This document shows, piece by piece, positions 9,607 through 19,044 of a stretch of 64,000 nucleotides of DNA; positions within the stretch are counted from its first letter, which is position 1; every line of letters starts with the position of its first letter. This DNA is from Promethearchaeia archaeon (GTDB taxonomy: Archaea > Asgardarchaeota > Lokiarchaeia > Sigyniarchaeales > SOKP01). The position numbers were made by a program, and so were the translations under genes. The stretch spans positions 84,120 through 148,119 of the forward strand of contig JAHQWK010000020.1 in the NCBI GenBank assembly GCA_029856145.1, read 5' to 3'. Below the pieces are notes generated by a model. It ran no database searches and had not been told where the DNA came from. It worked only from the letters and a program-made list of their open reading frames with translations.

Positions 9607-10410
9607 TTGATCTTGAAGAGAGAGAATTTTAGAGTATTAACCTGTATTATAATTATAAATATAACTATAGTTTCCCTATTTCTTTTAGCAAATGGCTATT
9701 GTGCTACTGAAGAAATCAATTCAAAGTATGGAGAATCCCCTGTAATTGATGGTTATATGGATCTCTCAGCAAAAGAATGGAATAAAGCTGCCTTTAATGA
9801 TGAAATTTCATTAGAGGGTATTCCTATTGATTTATGGGTTATGCATGATGATACAAATCTTTATATTTCTATCCAGTTTGATTTATTACTCGGACATCAC
9901 AAAATAAATGAATTTATTGGGCTCATTATATCAAATAGTTCTTCTGAGGATAAAGAAGAATTTATTGATGCTAAAATAATTCAGTTCACTAATATCTCTG
10001 CAAATGAATATAACTATTTTGATTATAATGTTAGTGGGAGCGTTTTTTTAATCGATACAGAAAAAAATGGAGATGGAGCTGCTAAACTTGAAGAACTTAC
10101 ATCTACTTATGAATTTGCTTTACCCATTAAAGGCCATGATGCAAATGAAGATGATGCAGCATTAGATTATGGTAATGGTTATGCTTTCAATATTACTTAT
10201 GGAGAAACACCAGCCTACCCTGGTGGTATTAAAAAAAGTTCAATAGTTCTCATCAATATTAAAGCATTAGCTGGTCCAATACCATCAATTATCAATGTTG
10301 TTTTTTCTGTGTTAAGTATAATAGTATTTAGCGTTCTTGGAATTGTTCTAGGTTTTTACATTTATAGAATTTTTAAACTAAAAGAAAATATAGAAAAATA
10401 TAGAAGATAA
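9607..10410 (+). CDS. Secreted, C-terminally anchored protein with CBM9/DOMON-like domain
   Basis: Signal-like N-terminus, 'PVIDG...EW', 'DDTNLYISI', C-terminal TM helix with basic tail. Confidence 0.7.
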   Translation: MILKRENFRVLTCIIIINITIVSLFLLANGYCATEEINSKYGESPVIDGYMDLSAKEWNKAAFNDEISLEGIPIDLWVMHDDTNLYISIQFDLLLGHHKINEFIGLIISNSSSEDKEEFIDAKIIQFTNISANEYNYFDYNVSGSVFLIDTEKNGDGAAKLEELTSTYEFALPIKGHDANEDDAALDYGNGYAFNITYGETPAYPGGIKKSSIVLINIKALAGPIPSIINVVFSVLSIIVFSVLGIVLGFYIYRIFKLKENIEKYRR

Positions 10411-10411
10411 T

Positions 10412-10825
10412 ATGTCAAAAATTCCTAAACAACCAGAAAAGAAACAAAAAACAAAGGAAAAATATCGATCTGATGAAAATTTTGCTTTTAGATCAATAAT
10501 CATATCAGCTATATTAGGATGTATTTCTTTTATTGTATCACTTCTTTTTAATGCTGAAATAATAACAGTTTTTATGAATATAGATTTATTATGGACCTTT
10601 ATTGATATAAGCATAAAAGTAATTGCTGTTTTATTGTTTTTTCTATTTATTATTACCAGCTATGCGAATTATAAAGAATTAATTGGTAAACGATTAAATT
10701 GGAAAGAACTACTTTTACTTATATTTTTCTCTATTGGTCAGACTCTGTTAAATCCATCAGTTTTTATTCTTACTCTTATTGGTATATTTATTATTTTAAT
10801 CTACTTATTTCTTATTCAAGAGTAA
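10412..10825 (+). CDS. Membrane protein
   Basis: 3-4 hydrophobic segments. Confidence 0.7.
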   Translation: MSKIPKQPEKKQKTKEKYRSDENFAFRSIIISAILGCISFIVSLLFNAEIITVFMNIDLLWTFIDISIKVIAVLLFFLFIITSYANYKELIGKRLNWKELLLLIFFSIGQTLLNPSVFILTLIGIFIILIYLFLIQE

Positions 10826-10850
10826 AAATACAATTTTTAAAAGTTCTGCT

Positions 10851-11594
10851 ATGAACTCAGAATTTTTATATATAGGACACAGAGGAACCAGAACTATTTT
10901 TGATGAAAATACAATCACCGCATTTGAAAAAGCGATCGAATTTGGTGCTAATTGTGTAGAATTTGATGTTCGAGAGACTAAAGATGGGAAATTGATAATT
11001 CTACATGATCCTACATTAAATAGAACGACAAATAGTTCAGGTTTATTAAAAAATCTTTACTATGATGAGATAAAAGAATTCAGAACTAAAAACCATAATG
11101 ATACTATCCCTCTCTTATCAGAGGTTTTGAAAATATTAAAAGGAAAAACAATGTTTATGATTGAGTTGAAAGATGATAATATAAAAGAAGATATTCTAAA
11201 GATTGTTAATAATCATAATTTATTGGAAGATTGTATTTTTAGTGGGAGAAATTTACACGAATTAGGCGAAATAAAGTCGGATTACCATAATAGTCGAATA
11301 TGCTATAATATTACAAAAGGTTTAGGTTTCAATATCAGTAAATTTTTGAAATTTGGAAGACTTAAGAAATTCAAGATTAAACCTGATTTAATAAGTTTAA
11401 GATCGAATTTAATAACTAAAGAATTTATTGAAATTTGTTATAAATATAAAATAAAATCTTTAGCATGGAACTTTTTATTATACAACGATCCAATATTTCA
11501 GATTAAATCTTTAATTGATTTAGGTATTGATGGGATTTTATTTGATAACCATAGAAATATTACAAAAATTAAACATTGGCTTTACTCAACTTAA
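10851..11594 (+). CDS. Glycerophosphodiester phosphodiesterase
   Basis: 'GHRG...ENT', 'EFDV', 'HD', 'IELK'. Confidence 0.93.
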   Translation: MNSEFLYIGHRGTRTIFDENTITAFEKAIEFGANCVEFDVRETKDGKLIILHDPTLNRTTNSSGLLKNLYYDEIKEFRTKNHNDTIPLLSEVLKILKGKTMFMIELKDDNIKEDILKIVNNHNLLEDCIFSGRNLHELGEIKSDYHNSRICYNITKGLGFNISKFLKFGRLKKFKIKPDLISLRSNLITKEFIEICYKYKIKSLAWNFLLYNDPIFQIKSLIDLGIDGILFDNHRNITKIKHWLYST

Positions 11595-13651
11595 CTTTTT
11601 GACTTGATTATTGAAATACCACTAGGTAAATAAAGAAGAATTTCGTCTATGGATAATAACTTAATCCAAATTCTTGATTCCTTATCACTATTTTTATAAA
11701 AAGTAGATAAAATCTCTTTAGCTAACTTTCCTTTTGTGAAACCACCAGATTTTGATGGAATAATAGTTATAAGATTTTTAGTTTGCTTTTTTATTGCGGG
11801 TTTTGGACCGGAAATGAGTTTAGGATAAAAAATTTTCCGATTATCTTGAGAATCTGCTTCCAATTCAATAATTTTTAATCCAATTGTCAATTCAGTTTTA
11901 ACATTTTTAATAAAATTCTTTTTACCAGAAATTATAAAAGAGCCTTTTTGTAAAAACTCACCTGAGGGAGGGCTTTTTGAAATTTGATCTGTATGAATGT
12001 AAAATACATCAACTATCCCCCAGTTCTCTTTCCATGCCCGTGAATATGTTGCAACAAATTTGCCAGTCTCATCAATAGTGTTTAATGGAATCTTCTTATT
12101 ATCTGGATTTTTAATTACTACTAATGAAGATCCAGGGAAATTTGTATGAAAAATTAAATCATTTTGATCAAGATACTTTTTAAAAATAATCTCATTAGAG
12201 GATGCATCTCTTCCCCCTATAATTAGATATCCATCAGATGAAATAAACCATCTAAACTTCTCATACCATTTTTTCTTTGGTTTTTTAATCAAGAAATCAA
12301 CTTCAGCTTCTATTAACTCTCTATCTAGCTTTAATTTATTAATTTTTTCTTTAGTTTTTTCAATGGCGGTAATAGTTCCTTTTAATTTTTTATCTGCTTT
12401 TTTTCCCTTAGAATATATATTATTGGCATTTTCCCCGATGCTTTTTTTTAAATCTAGATAAATGCTATTATCATTAATATTTATTAAAACTTGATTAGTT
12501 GAGGGAATTACCTTCTCAAAGAAATCTGTTCCATTTAAATTTTCCAATTTTGCTGTTTCTAGTTTGTTGTTAATTACTTCCCATGAATACCCTTTTTTTT
12601 TTGCATCCAAAATTACAGTTTTTAATTTTTCTAAGGAATTTAAGCGGGCATATATTAATTCTCCAATTTTGTAGTATTTTACCTTCTTATTTTTGAGCTC
12701 TTCAAGGTATTCTTGTTGATTTTTTAATATCTTTTCTTGAGATTTTATTTGTTCTTCAATCTTTTGATCTTTAGGACTTTTTAGGGTTTCAGAATCAATT
12801 TTTGAAAAATACTTGTCAACTGCTTCGTTAAATGAGGTAAAAAGTTTTTTAGGATTTTTTTTAAGAATTTCAATTTCAAAGGGAAGTACTGAAATTTGAT
12901 TTTTATTGTTATCAAATACAATATATGCATTTACTTCACCAAATAATAATTGATTTCTTAACTTTTTAAAGGAATCATATAATTTTTCGTATTCTTTATC
13001 AGTAAGATTTTTTCCAAGACTAATTTTATCAATTTTGGTTCTATGGCATATTTCTTCACTATATAACCCGGAAATATGAATATTTCTGGAAAGATCTCTA
13101 ACAATCTCCACCTCAGAGTTTTTAAATAAAGCTTTAAATTCTTCTTTATTTAAAGTTAAAAAATCTTTTCCTTGAGATCTAGGAAAACTATATTCTTTTT
13201 TAGGGAGGATCTCTCTATCTCTAAACTTTCTATACTTTTTAGCAACTTTTATAATATTTCTTTCATCCAACAATAAGAAATTACCCTTGTTAAATAATTC
13301 TATAACAAATTTCCAAGGTTGGCCTGAATTATCACTTAATTCAATTATTATAATTCTATCAAATTGGTGTTGAGAAATTTTTAATATTCTCCGGTTTTTT
13401 AATAACTTTCTTAGAGAAATTATATATTGACTTGGATATTTTGGGATAGGATAATCATATTCGGTTAAATTAATCCGTGAATCCTTTTTGATAATTAAGT
13501 TTTTCTTTCCAAAATTAGTATTGATTTTTAATATCAATATATCTTCTACTTCATATATATTTAGAATCGTACCGTTAATCAATATTAAATCTAATTCTTT
13601 TACAATAGCAAATACGTCAAAATTAGTAAATTCTGTTGATGTTTTAATCAT
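11591..13651 (-). CDS. rqcH: Ribosome rescue factor RqcH/NEMF (NFACT)
   Basis: 'FDR', 'IELF', 'WYEKFRWFISSDG...GGRDA', 'KSPPSGEFL..GSF'. Confidence 0.93.
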   Translation of the reverse strand: MIKTSTEFTNFDVFAIVKELDLILINGTILNIYEVEDILILKINTNFGKKNLIIKKDSRINLTEYDYPIPKYPSQYIISLRKLLKNRRILKISQHQFDRIIIIELSDNSGQPWKFVIELFNKGNFLLLDERNIIKVAKKYRKFRDREILPKKEYSFPRSQGKDFLTLNKEEFKALFKNSEVEIVRDLSRNIHISGLYSEEICHRTKIDKISLGKNLTDKEYEKLYDSFKKLRNQLLFGEVNAYIVFDNNKNQISVLPFEIEILKKNPKKLFTSFNEAVDKYFSKIDSETLKSPKDQKIEEQIKSQEKILKNQQEYLEELKNKKVKYYKIGELIYARLNSLEKLKTVILDAKKKGYSWEVINNKLETAKLENLNGTDFFEKVIPSTNQVLININDNSIYLDLKKSIGENANNIYSKGKKADKKLKGTITAIEKTKEKINKLKLDRELIEAEVDFLIKKPKKKWYEKFRWFISSDGYLIIGGRDASSNEIIFKKYLDQNDLIFHTNFPGSSLVVIKNPDNKKIPLNTIDETGKFVATYSRAWKENWGIVDVFYIHTDQISKSPPSGEFLQKGSFIISGKKNFIKNVKTELTIGLKIIELEADSQDNRKIFYPKLISGPKPAIKKQTKNLITIIPSKSGGFTKGKLAKEILSTFYKNSDKESRIWIKLLSIDEILLYLPSGISIIKSKS

Positions 13652-13723
13652 ATTAGGTTTAATTTCTAGTTTATCAATAATATATAATGATTTTTATAAT
13701 AAATAATATTTATAATAATAATT

Positions 13724-14164
13724 ATGGGAAGGCGCAAGAAGGTAGATATTAAAAAAAGAAGACAAAGGCTTTTAAAAGAGAAGAAGAAAGAACAAAAAAA
13801 ACAATCAATTCAAGTTGAAAAAAAGCCATTAAAATCATTTGACCTTCGTATGGAGAAGGAAACAAAGCTGTACTGGATTCGGGCACTTACTGGAGCGCTA
13901 AGTGCATTTATAGGACGCTTGTTATTTGGATTAATTGGTTGGTTCATGTTAATGTGGATGTTATTATGGTGGTTTTTATTTCCATTTGTCGTAAGTTTTA
14001 ATATTCTAAAATACGAATACGACAAAGAAGAGTGGCATTGGAAGAATATTATATTGCCGGGTATTGGTATGTTCTTTTTCTTATTTATGATCGTTGGTGT
14101 TTTTCTTCATACATTACTTAATTTTATTCCAGGCTTTTCGTCGGTTCTTGAGCTTTTTTTATAG
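13724..14164 (+). CDS. EMC6/Rab5ip-like membrane protein
   Basis: 'LYWIRALTGALSAFIGRLLFGLIGW' and 'KNIILPGIGMFFF...FLHTLL' follow the 3-TM pattern of EMC6. Confidence 0.55.
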   Translation: MGRRKKVDIKKRRQRLLKEKKKEQKKQSIQVEKKPLKSFDLRMEKETKLYWIRALTGALSAFIGRLLFGLIGWFMLMWMLLWWFLFPFVVSFNILKYEYDKEEWHWKNIILPGIGMFFFLFMIVGVFLHTLLNFIPGFSSVLELFL

Positions 14165-14181
14165 AAACATTTAAATCTTCT

Positions 14182-14694
14182 TTATAATTGAATTCTTTGT
14201 TTTACTTTCATTTCTTTCTTTTCTTTTGAAGTAAAAACGATTTCTTCTAATTTGTATATACGTTCACAATAAATACATTGAATTTTCAAGGGTTTTTCTT
14301 CTAAAACTAGAAATTCAGTATCGATAGGCTCTTTTTCTGAATTAGTAATACATGTCTGATTAACACATAAAATTAATTTTTTAATTATCTGAGGAAGTTC
14401 TACCTTTTTCTTTTCAATCAATTTATAATTTTCAATTAAGGAAATTGTAGCGTTAGGAGACAATATAGATATTTGTTGCATTTGAGTTTCGTTAAGAAAA
14501 ACATTCTCAATTTTAATTATATCTTTCGTTTGATATTTTTTTGATAAAACATTAACTCCAATTGTCATTAAATTTTTAGATTCATCGATACCAGTAAGAT
14601 TGAGAATTGTTATAGCATATCCGGCATCTATATGATCAATAACAGTTCCTTTAGATATTTTATCGATTTTTAATTTTTCTTCTAACATTTTCAT
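14182..14694 (-). CDS. pyrI: Aspartate carbamoyltransferase regulatory chain
   Basis: 'GTVIDHI', 'KDIIKIE', Zn site C..C...CxxC. Confidence 0.95.
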   Translation of the reverse strand: MKMLEEKLKIDKISKGTVIDHIDAGYAITILNLTGIDESKNLMTIGVNVLSKKYQTKDIIKIENVFLNETQMQQISILSPNATISLIENYKLIEKKKVELPQIIKKLILCVNQTCITNSEKEPIDTEFLVLEEKPLKIQCIYCERIYKLEEIVFTSKEKKEMKVKQRIQL

Positions 14695-14735
14695 AAAAAA
14701 AACTATCTTGATTGAAAAAATTTATGTTAACTATT

Positions 14736-15764
14736 TTATAATATTGAAATTGAAGTAAAAAATAATATTGTTGATATACAAAAATTAAATGTTAAATTAT
14801 CGTCAATCTCTAAGTCCAAATAATCTATTATACCAATGATCATCATTCCAATAAAAGGAATCAGAAACAATCCTGGAACGCTGAATCTATAATAATTTCT
14901 TAGTATAAATAACACAATTACTCCTGAGAGAAAGGCAGCAATGATACCTCCAATTAGTCCTTCATAAGTTTTATTTGTTTTTCTAATCTTTCTGCGACCA
15001 ATTGTTCTCCCAACTAAGTTTGCGGTTACATCTCCAAAAATAGACATTGCCATTGAAGTACAGATTATTACTGGCCCGATGGGTTGAATTATACCATATA
15101 ACAAAATTATGGAAAAACATCCAATACTCATAGAAATATGAGGTCCTAACCTCATATGTAGTTCTTTTTCCCTTAATATTTGATTGACTTGTTTTAAAGG
15201 ATAAAACTCGGGAGTTAATATTCTTACAATATCAGCCGTCAATAACCCTATCAAAGATATCACAACTAAAAAAACTACTAAATTTTGAGAAAAAATCATT
15301 ATATCGCCGCCTATATATACGAAAAGATTTTGTAATAGAAACCCTAGAGTAAAATAAAAAAAAATTATTCCTAATACAACAAAATGGGTTAATTTTCTAT
15401 ATATATCATATTTAAGAGGGAGTTCTGTGAATGGTTGAAGTTTAATATTATTATTGCTTTTTTTCCTTATTTTAATTCTATGTTTCTCTCGAGAAATGAA
15501 AAGATAGAATAAAGGCAAAAAAAATATGATAAACGTAACCGTTAAAATATTAAAGGGAAACTCTATAAATTCTCTACTAGGGAGATTAAATATGTTTATT
15601 AGGACTAGATTTATTGTAATAGAAACAATAAGAATTAATGCATTTACTAAATTATTTATAAAAGCTCCTATGTCTCTTTTCTTTCTTGCTAAATAAGTAA
15701 TATAAAGAATAAATAAGCCATACAAGTATAAATAGCATACAATTATTATCGAAAGAGCATTCAA
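14736..15764 (-). CDS. CTP-dependent polyprenol/diacylglycerol kinase (SEC59/DGK1/VTE5 family)
   Basis: 'RKLTH', 'FGD..A..VG', 'NKTYEG', 'IDDNL'. Confidence 0.88.
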   Translation of the reverse strand: MNALSIIIVCYLYLYGLFILYITYLARKKRDIGAFINNLVNALILIVSITINLVLINIFNLPSREFIEFPFNILTVTFIIFFLPLFYLFISREKHRIKIRKKSNNNIKLQPFTELPLKYDIYRKLTHFVVLGIIFFYFTLGFLLQNLFVYIGGDIMIFSQNLVVFLVVISLIGLLTADIVRILTPEFYPLKQVNQILREKELHMRLGPHISMSIGCFSIILLYGIIQPIGPVIICTSMAMSIFGDVTANLVGRTIGRRKIRKTNKTYEGLIGGIIAAFLSGVIVLFILRNYYRFSVPGLFLIPFIGMMIIGIIDYLDLEIDDNLTFNFCISTILFFTSISIL

Positions 15765-15914
15765 GAATGATCAAATTAATAAGATTTTAATATTTAAAAG
15801 ATCCTTTTATTTTAAGATTTTCTTGAAGTAAGAAGGTTTTCAAATCTAGAAATAAATCTAATACCATAAAAATATCATAAAAATCTGTAAAATTTATTAA
15901 AAAAGTAATTAGAA

Positions 15915-16319
15915 TTAGCGATCTTCGAAAATTTTATATAGATTTTTAGCAGCAATCCTCATAACTTTTACAGTCTTCATTAAAGTGTCAATTATCGTTC
16001 CAGCACAAACAATTACTAATCTTCCTGCATTTGTAATAACAATATAGCCATCTTGAGCTCGAACAATAATTTCACTTAAATCTTCCTGAAATAAAGTCTG
16101 GATTGTTGATCGCCCGGTCATTAATAAGGCACTTGAAAGACCACAAAATTGATCTCCATCAACCTGATATTGTGGTAATGCGCTAAATGCTATTTGATAA
16201 CCTTCTTGAGATACAAGAGCAATCGCCTCAATATCTGCATTTGATGTTATAAATGTAATTTGAGGACTAATTTTTTCGATATCCTCTTGATTGATTCCTA
16301 AGTCAGACCCAAATTGAAT
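15915..16319 (-). CDS. Roadblock/LC7 protein (start extended to an ATT codon)
   Basis: The frame is open upstream of the ATG at 16121 to a stop at 16332-16334 and reads IQFGSDLG...DIEAIALVSQEGYQIA...LSSALLM, the first half of a Roadblock fold; AAGGTG SD-like motif upstream. Confidence 0.8.
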   Translation of the reverse strand: MQFGSDLGINQEDIEKISPQITFITSNADIEAIALVSQEGYQIAFSALPQYQVDGDQFCGLSSALLMTGRSTIQTLFQEDLSEIIVRAQDGYIVITNAGRLVIVCAGTIIDTLMKTVKVMRIAAKNLYKIFEDR

Positions 16320-16737
16320 ATCTCTACACCTTTAGTGCTTTTAGATTTTATAATTATTATTATAAATATAATAATTTTTATCTTATTATATTTTTATTTT
16401 CACAACTTAAAGTTTCTTTTTAACGTGATCTTAGTAAACTAAAATATAAAAATTCATTATAATTATGAATTATGGAGTTTAGCGCTCTTATTCTTATTCT
16501 CATATATCAAATTTAGGGCAAGTTAAAAAAAAAGTGTTAAATAGCTATTTATCAAAATGTCTTATTTCTTCTATAATATTTTTAAACGCGTACTTTATTT
16601 ACTATTCAAAAGTAAATTTTAATACTTTATAAACTTAAAATATTTAAAAACCTATTAAAATTGATTTAAAGGTTTAAACTTTTTTATACTTAGAATTTAT
16701 TATTTTAAGAATTACACTCTAGCAATGAAATTAAATT

Positions 16738-19044
16738 ATGATAACAACACGAGAATTTATAAATTATCAATATTCTCTGATATTTGGTTATTCTTCTCCA
16801 AATGAAGTTATAGTTGGAGATGTAATTGGCCCTGGAAGGCTTACAAGAGAAAAAGTGAATGAACTTTCGAAGGAAGTCATTAAATATTTAACAATGTATA
16901 ATGCAGTTCTGCGGGATTATACAGGTGCAGAAGTATTCAGTATTGAGTTTGATTTATACAATGTTGATGAAAAAAGTGCCCGAGTTAATATTTACCCCAA
17001 ATCAATGATTTTCATACCAGGAAAATATAAAGATTGTGAAAGTTTATTACTTGCTTTGAAACCCGAAACTGGAGTTTTAAATATACATAAATCCAGAGAA
17101 TCGTTGAATAATATAAGTAAACTATTTTTTGAGGTAGAAGAGTTTTCTGATCGCCCAGAATTAAATAGAGAAAATAAGCAAGATTTATATAACAAATTTG
17201 CCTCAAGATTCAATAAGAAATTTTATGGAGAACTAGTTGAAGATAAATGGAACAAGAAATTAATTGGTATAAGTAAAACTCTACCAACTGAAAAAGAAAT
17301 GTTAAATACATATGCTAAAGTTATCTCTAATGTTGAGGTTTTATGGTATAAAAAACCTATGGAGATTAATTTGTTGAATTCTAAATTTCAAAAGATTAAA
17401 AGCTTATTCAATGGACAACATGCAATTGAACATCTTAAATTCTCAATATCTGAGCCAAGTGCTAATTTTATTGTTGACAAAACTTTAAATTTAGGGACGA
17501 ATCTCATCAATTTAGCAAATACAGGTACTATAGATGAATCTCTAGATGAAATAATTATTTTTATGGTTAATTTTGTTATAAAAAAAATAAAAAATTATAG
17601 TGAACCTCATACAGCAGAATGGCTAATGGCTAATGTAAATACAGTGCTTATTGATTTACAAGGACATTTAAATAAATTTTTGGAATATTCTAAAAATTTT
17701 CTTAGTACAGGGGAAATGGGGGATCTTGATGAATTGTTAAACAAATTTGAATATTTTATATTAAATAAAGGAAAATTAGAAAGCGAAAATTTCGATCCTA
17801 TATGGAAAATAGCAAATAAGTTTATAGAACAAGCAATAACTCAAAAAATGAGTCTACGAATAATAGAATTAAGTTCAGTTTTTAGTTATTTTTCAGAAAT
17901 CATAAATAAGGGGCTTAGGCTAATAAGATTATCACTTCCAAAATATCTTTCATATCGCCGATTAAAAACTCTAACTACTAATTTAATAAATAAATCATAT
18001 GAAAAATTTAACCAGGAGCAAAAACCCGCAAAACTTTTAGGACAGAAGTTAATAAATAAGTTTAAAGCATTTCTTTTTAATCAAATTGAAACACATCCAC
18101 TTCTATTAAGAAAGGATCTTAAATATAATGAAAGAGAACTAATAAGAGAGTTTACTTTCTTAGTTGATAAGAATACTGATACATTTTTTAACGAAATAGA
18201 TTTGAAAATAGATGATTTAATTTCTTTTGCGGAGATCCAGATGGAATCTAAAATAAATAGTATAAAAAATCATATTGAAAAATTCAAGAAATTTTCAACG
18301 GAATTACATTATCTATTAAGCTACGTTTTAAGGCATTCTACAATAAATCGCTATATAAAGGAAGAACCTGATAAAGAAATTAGTGATCCTGTAAGCTTCT
18401 CAAATAGATTTCATAGATTTTTAGAAAAAAGAATAGGAGGTATAAATCTAGATTGGAAGTCTTATGTTCTAGATTGGATTAAAGATTATTCTAAGAAATA
18501 TCTAAGGCCAGAAGAACAAAGGGCATGGACATTAGACGAAGTTTATAATAATTTTATTGGGTATTTTGAAGAGAGAGAATTAAATGAGCAAAAAATCGAA
18601 AATTTCTTAACATTTTTAGATGCATATATTGCAAAGTTATCCAATCCAGAAGAAAGAAGTTTGTTACTTGAATTTTATAAAAATTATGAACTTAGTATTG
18701 ACATCAATACCGAATTTCCGAAGTATGTTAGAAATAATATTAAAAATGAGTTAAACAATCTAAATCCTCAACTAGAAAATATTACTCCTTTCAATTATTT
18801 TAATCTAGATGGGAATGAGACATTTTATGATTATATAAAAGATACAGAATTAAAGTATTTTTCAAAATTAGTACCAAGGCCTTTAACTGTAATTTTAAAA
18901 CATATTTTAACAAATGAGGAAAAAGAATTATTTAATGGTGATCTTTTTCATGTGCTAGATTTCAAATTCTGGCACAATAATGCTCGATTCGAAATATCAG
19001 ATAACTTTAAAGAAGTTTATAGAGAATGGGTGAGGGAATTATGA
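16738..19044 (+). CDS. Large helical hypothetical protein
   Basis: 768-aa ORF, no motif recognised. Confidence 0.85.
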   Translation: MITTREFINYQYSLIFGYSSPNEVIVGDVIGPGRLTREKVNELSKEVIKYLTMYNAVLRDYTGAEVFSIEFDLYNVDEKSARVNIYPKSMIFIPGKYKDCESLLLALKPETGVLNIHKSRESLNNISKLFFEVEEFSDRPELNRENKQDLYNKFASRFNKKFYGELVEDKWNKKLIGISKTLPTEKEMLNTYAKVISNVEVLWYKKPMEINLLNSKFQKIKSLFNGQHAIEHLKFSISEPSANFIVDKTLNLGTNLINLANTGTIDESLDEIIIFMVNFVIKKIKNYSEPHTAEWLMANVNTVLIDLQGHLNKFLEYSKNFLSTGEMGDLDELLNKFEYFILNKGKLESENFDPIWKIANKFIEQAITQKMSLRIIELSSVFSYFSEIINKGLRLIRLSLPKYLSYRRLKTLTTNLINKSYEKFNQEQKPAKLLGQKLINKFKAFLFNQIETHPLLLRKDLKYNERELIREFTFLVDKNTDTFFNEIDLKIDDLISFAEIQMESKINSIKNHIEKFKKFSTELHYLLSYVLRHSTINRYIKEEPDKEISDPVSFSNRFHRFLEKRIGGINLDWKSYVLDWIKDYSKKYLRPEEQRAWTLDEVYNNFIGYFEERELNEQKIENFLTFLDAYIAKLSNPEERSLLLEFYKNYELSIDINTEFPKYVRNNIKNELNNLNPQLENITPFNYFNLDGNETFYDYIKDTELKYFSKLVPRPLTVILKHILTNEEKELFNGDLFHVLDFKFWHNNARFEISDNFKEVYREWVREL

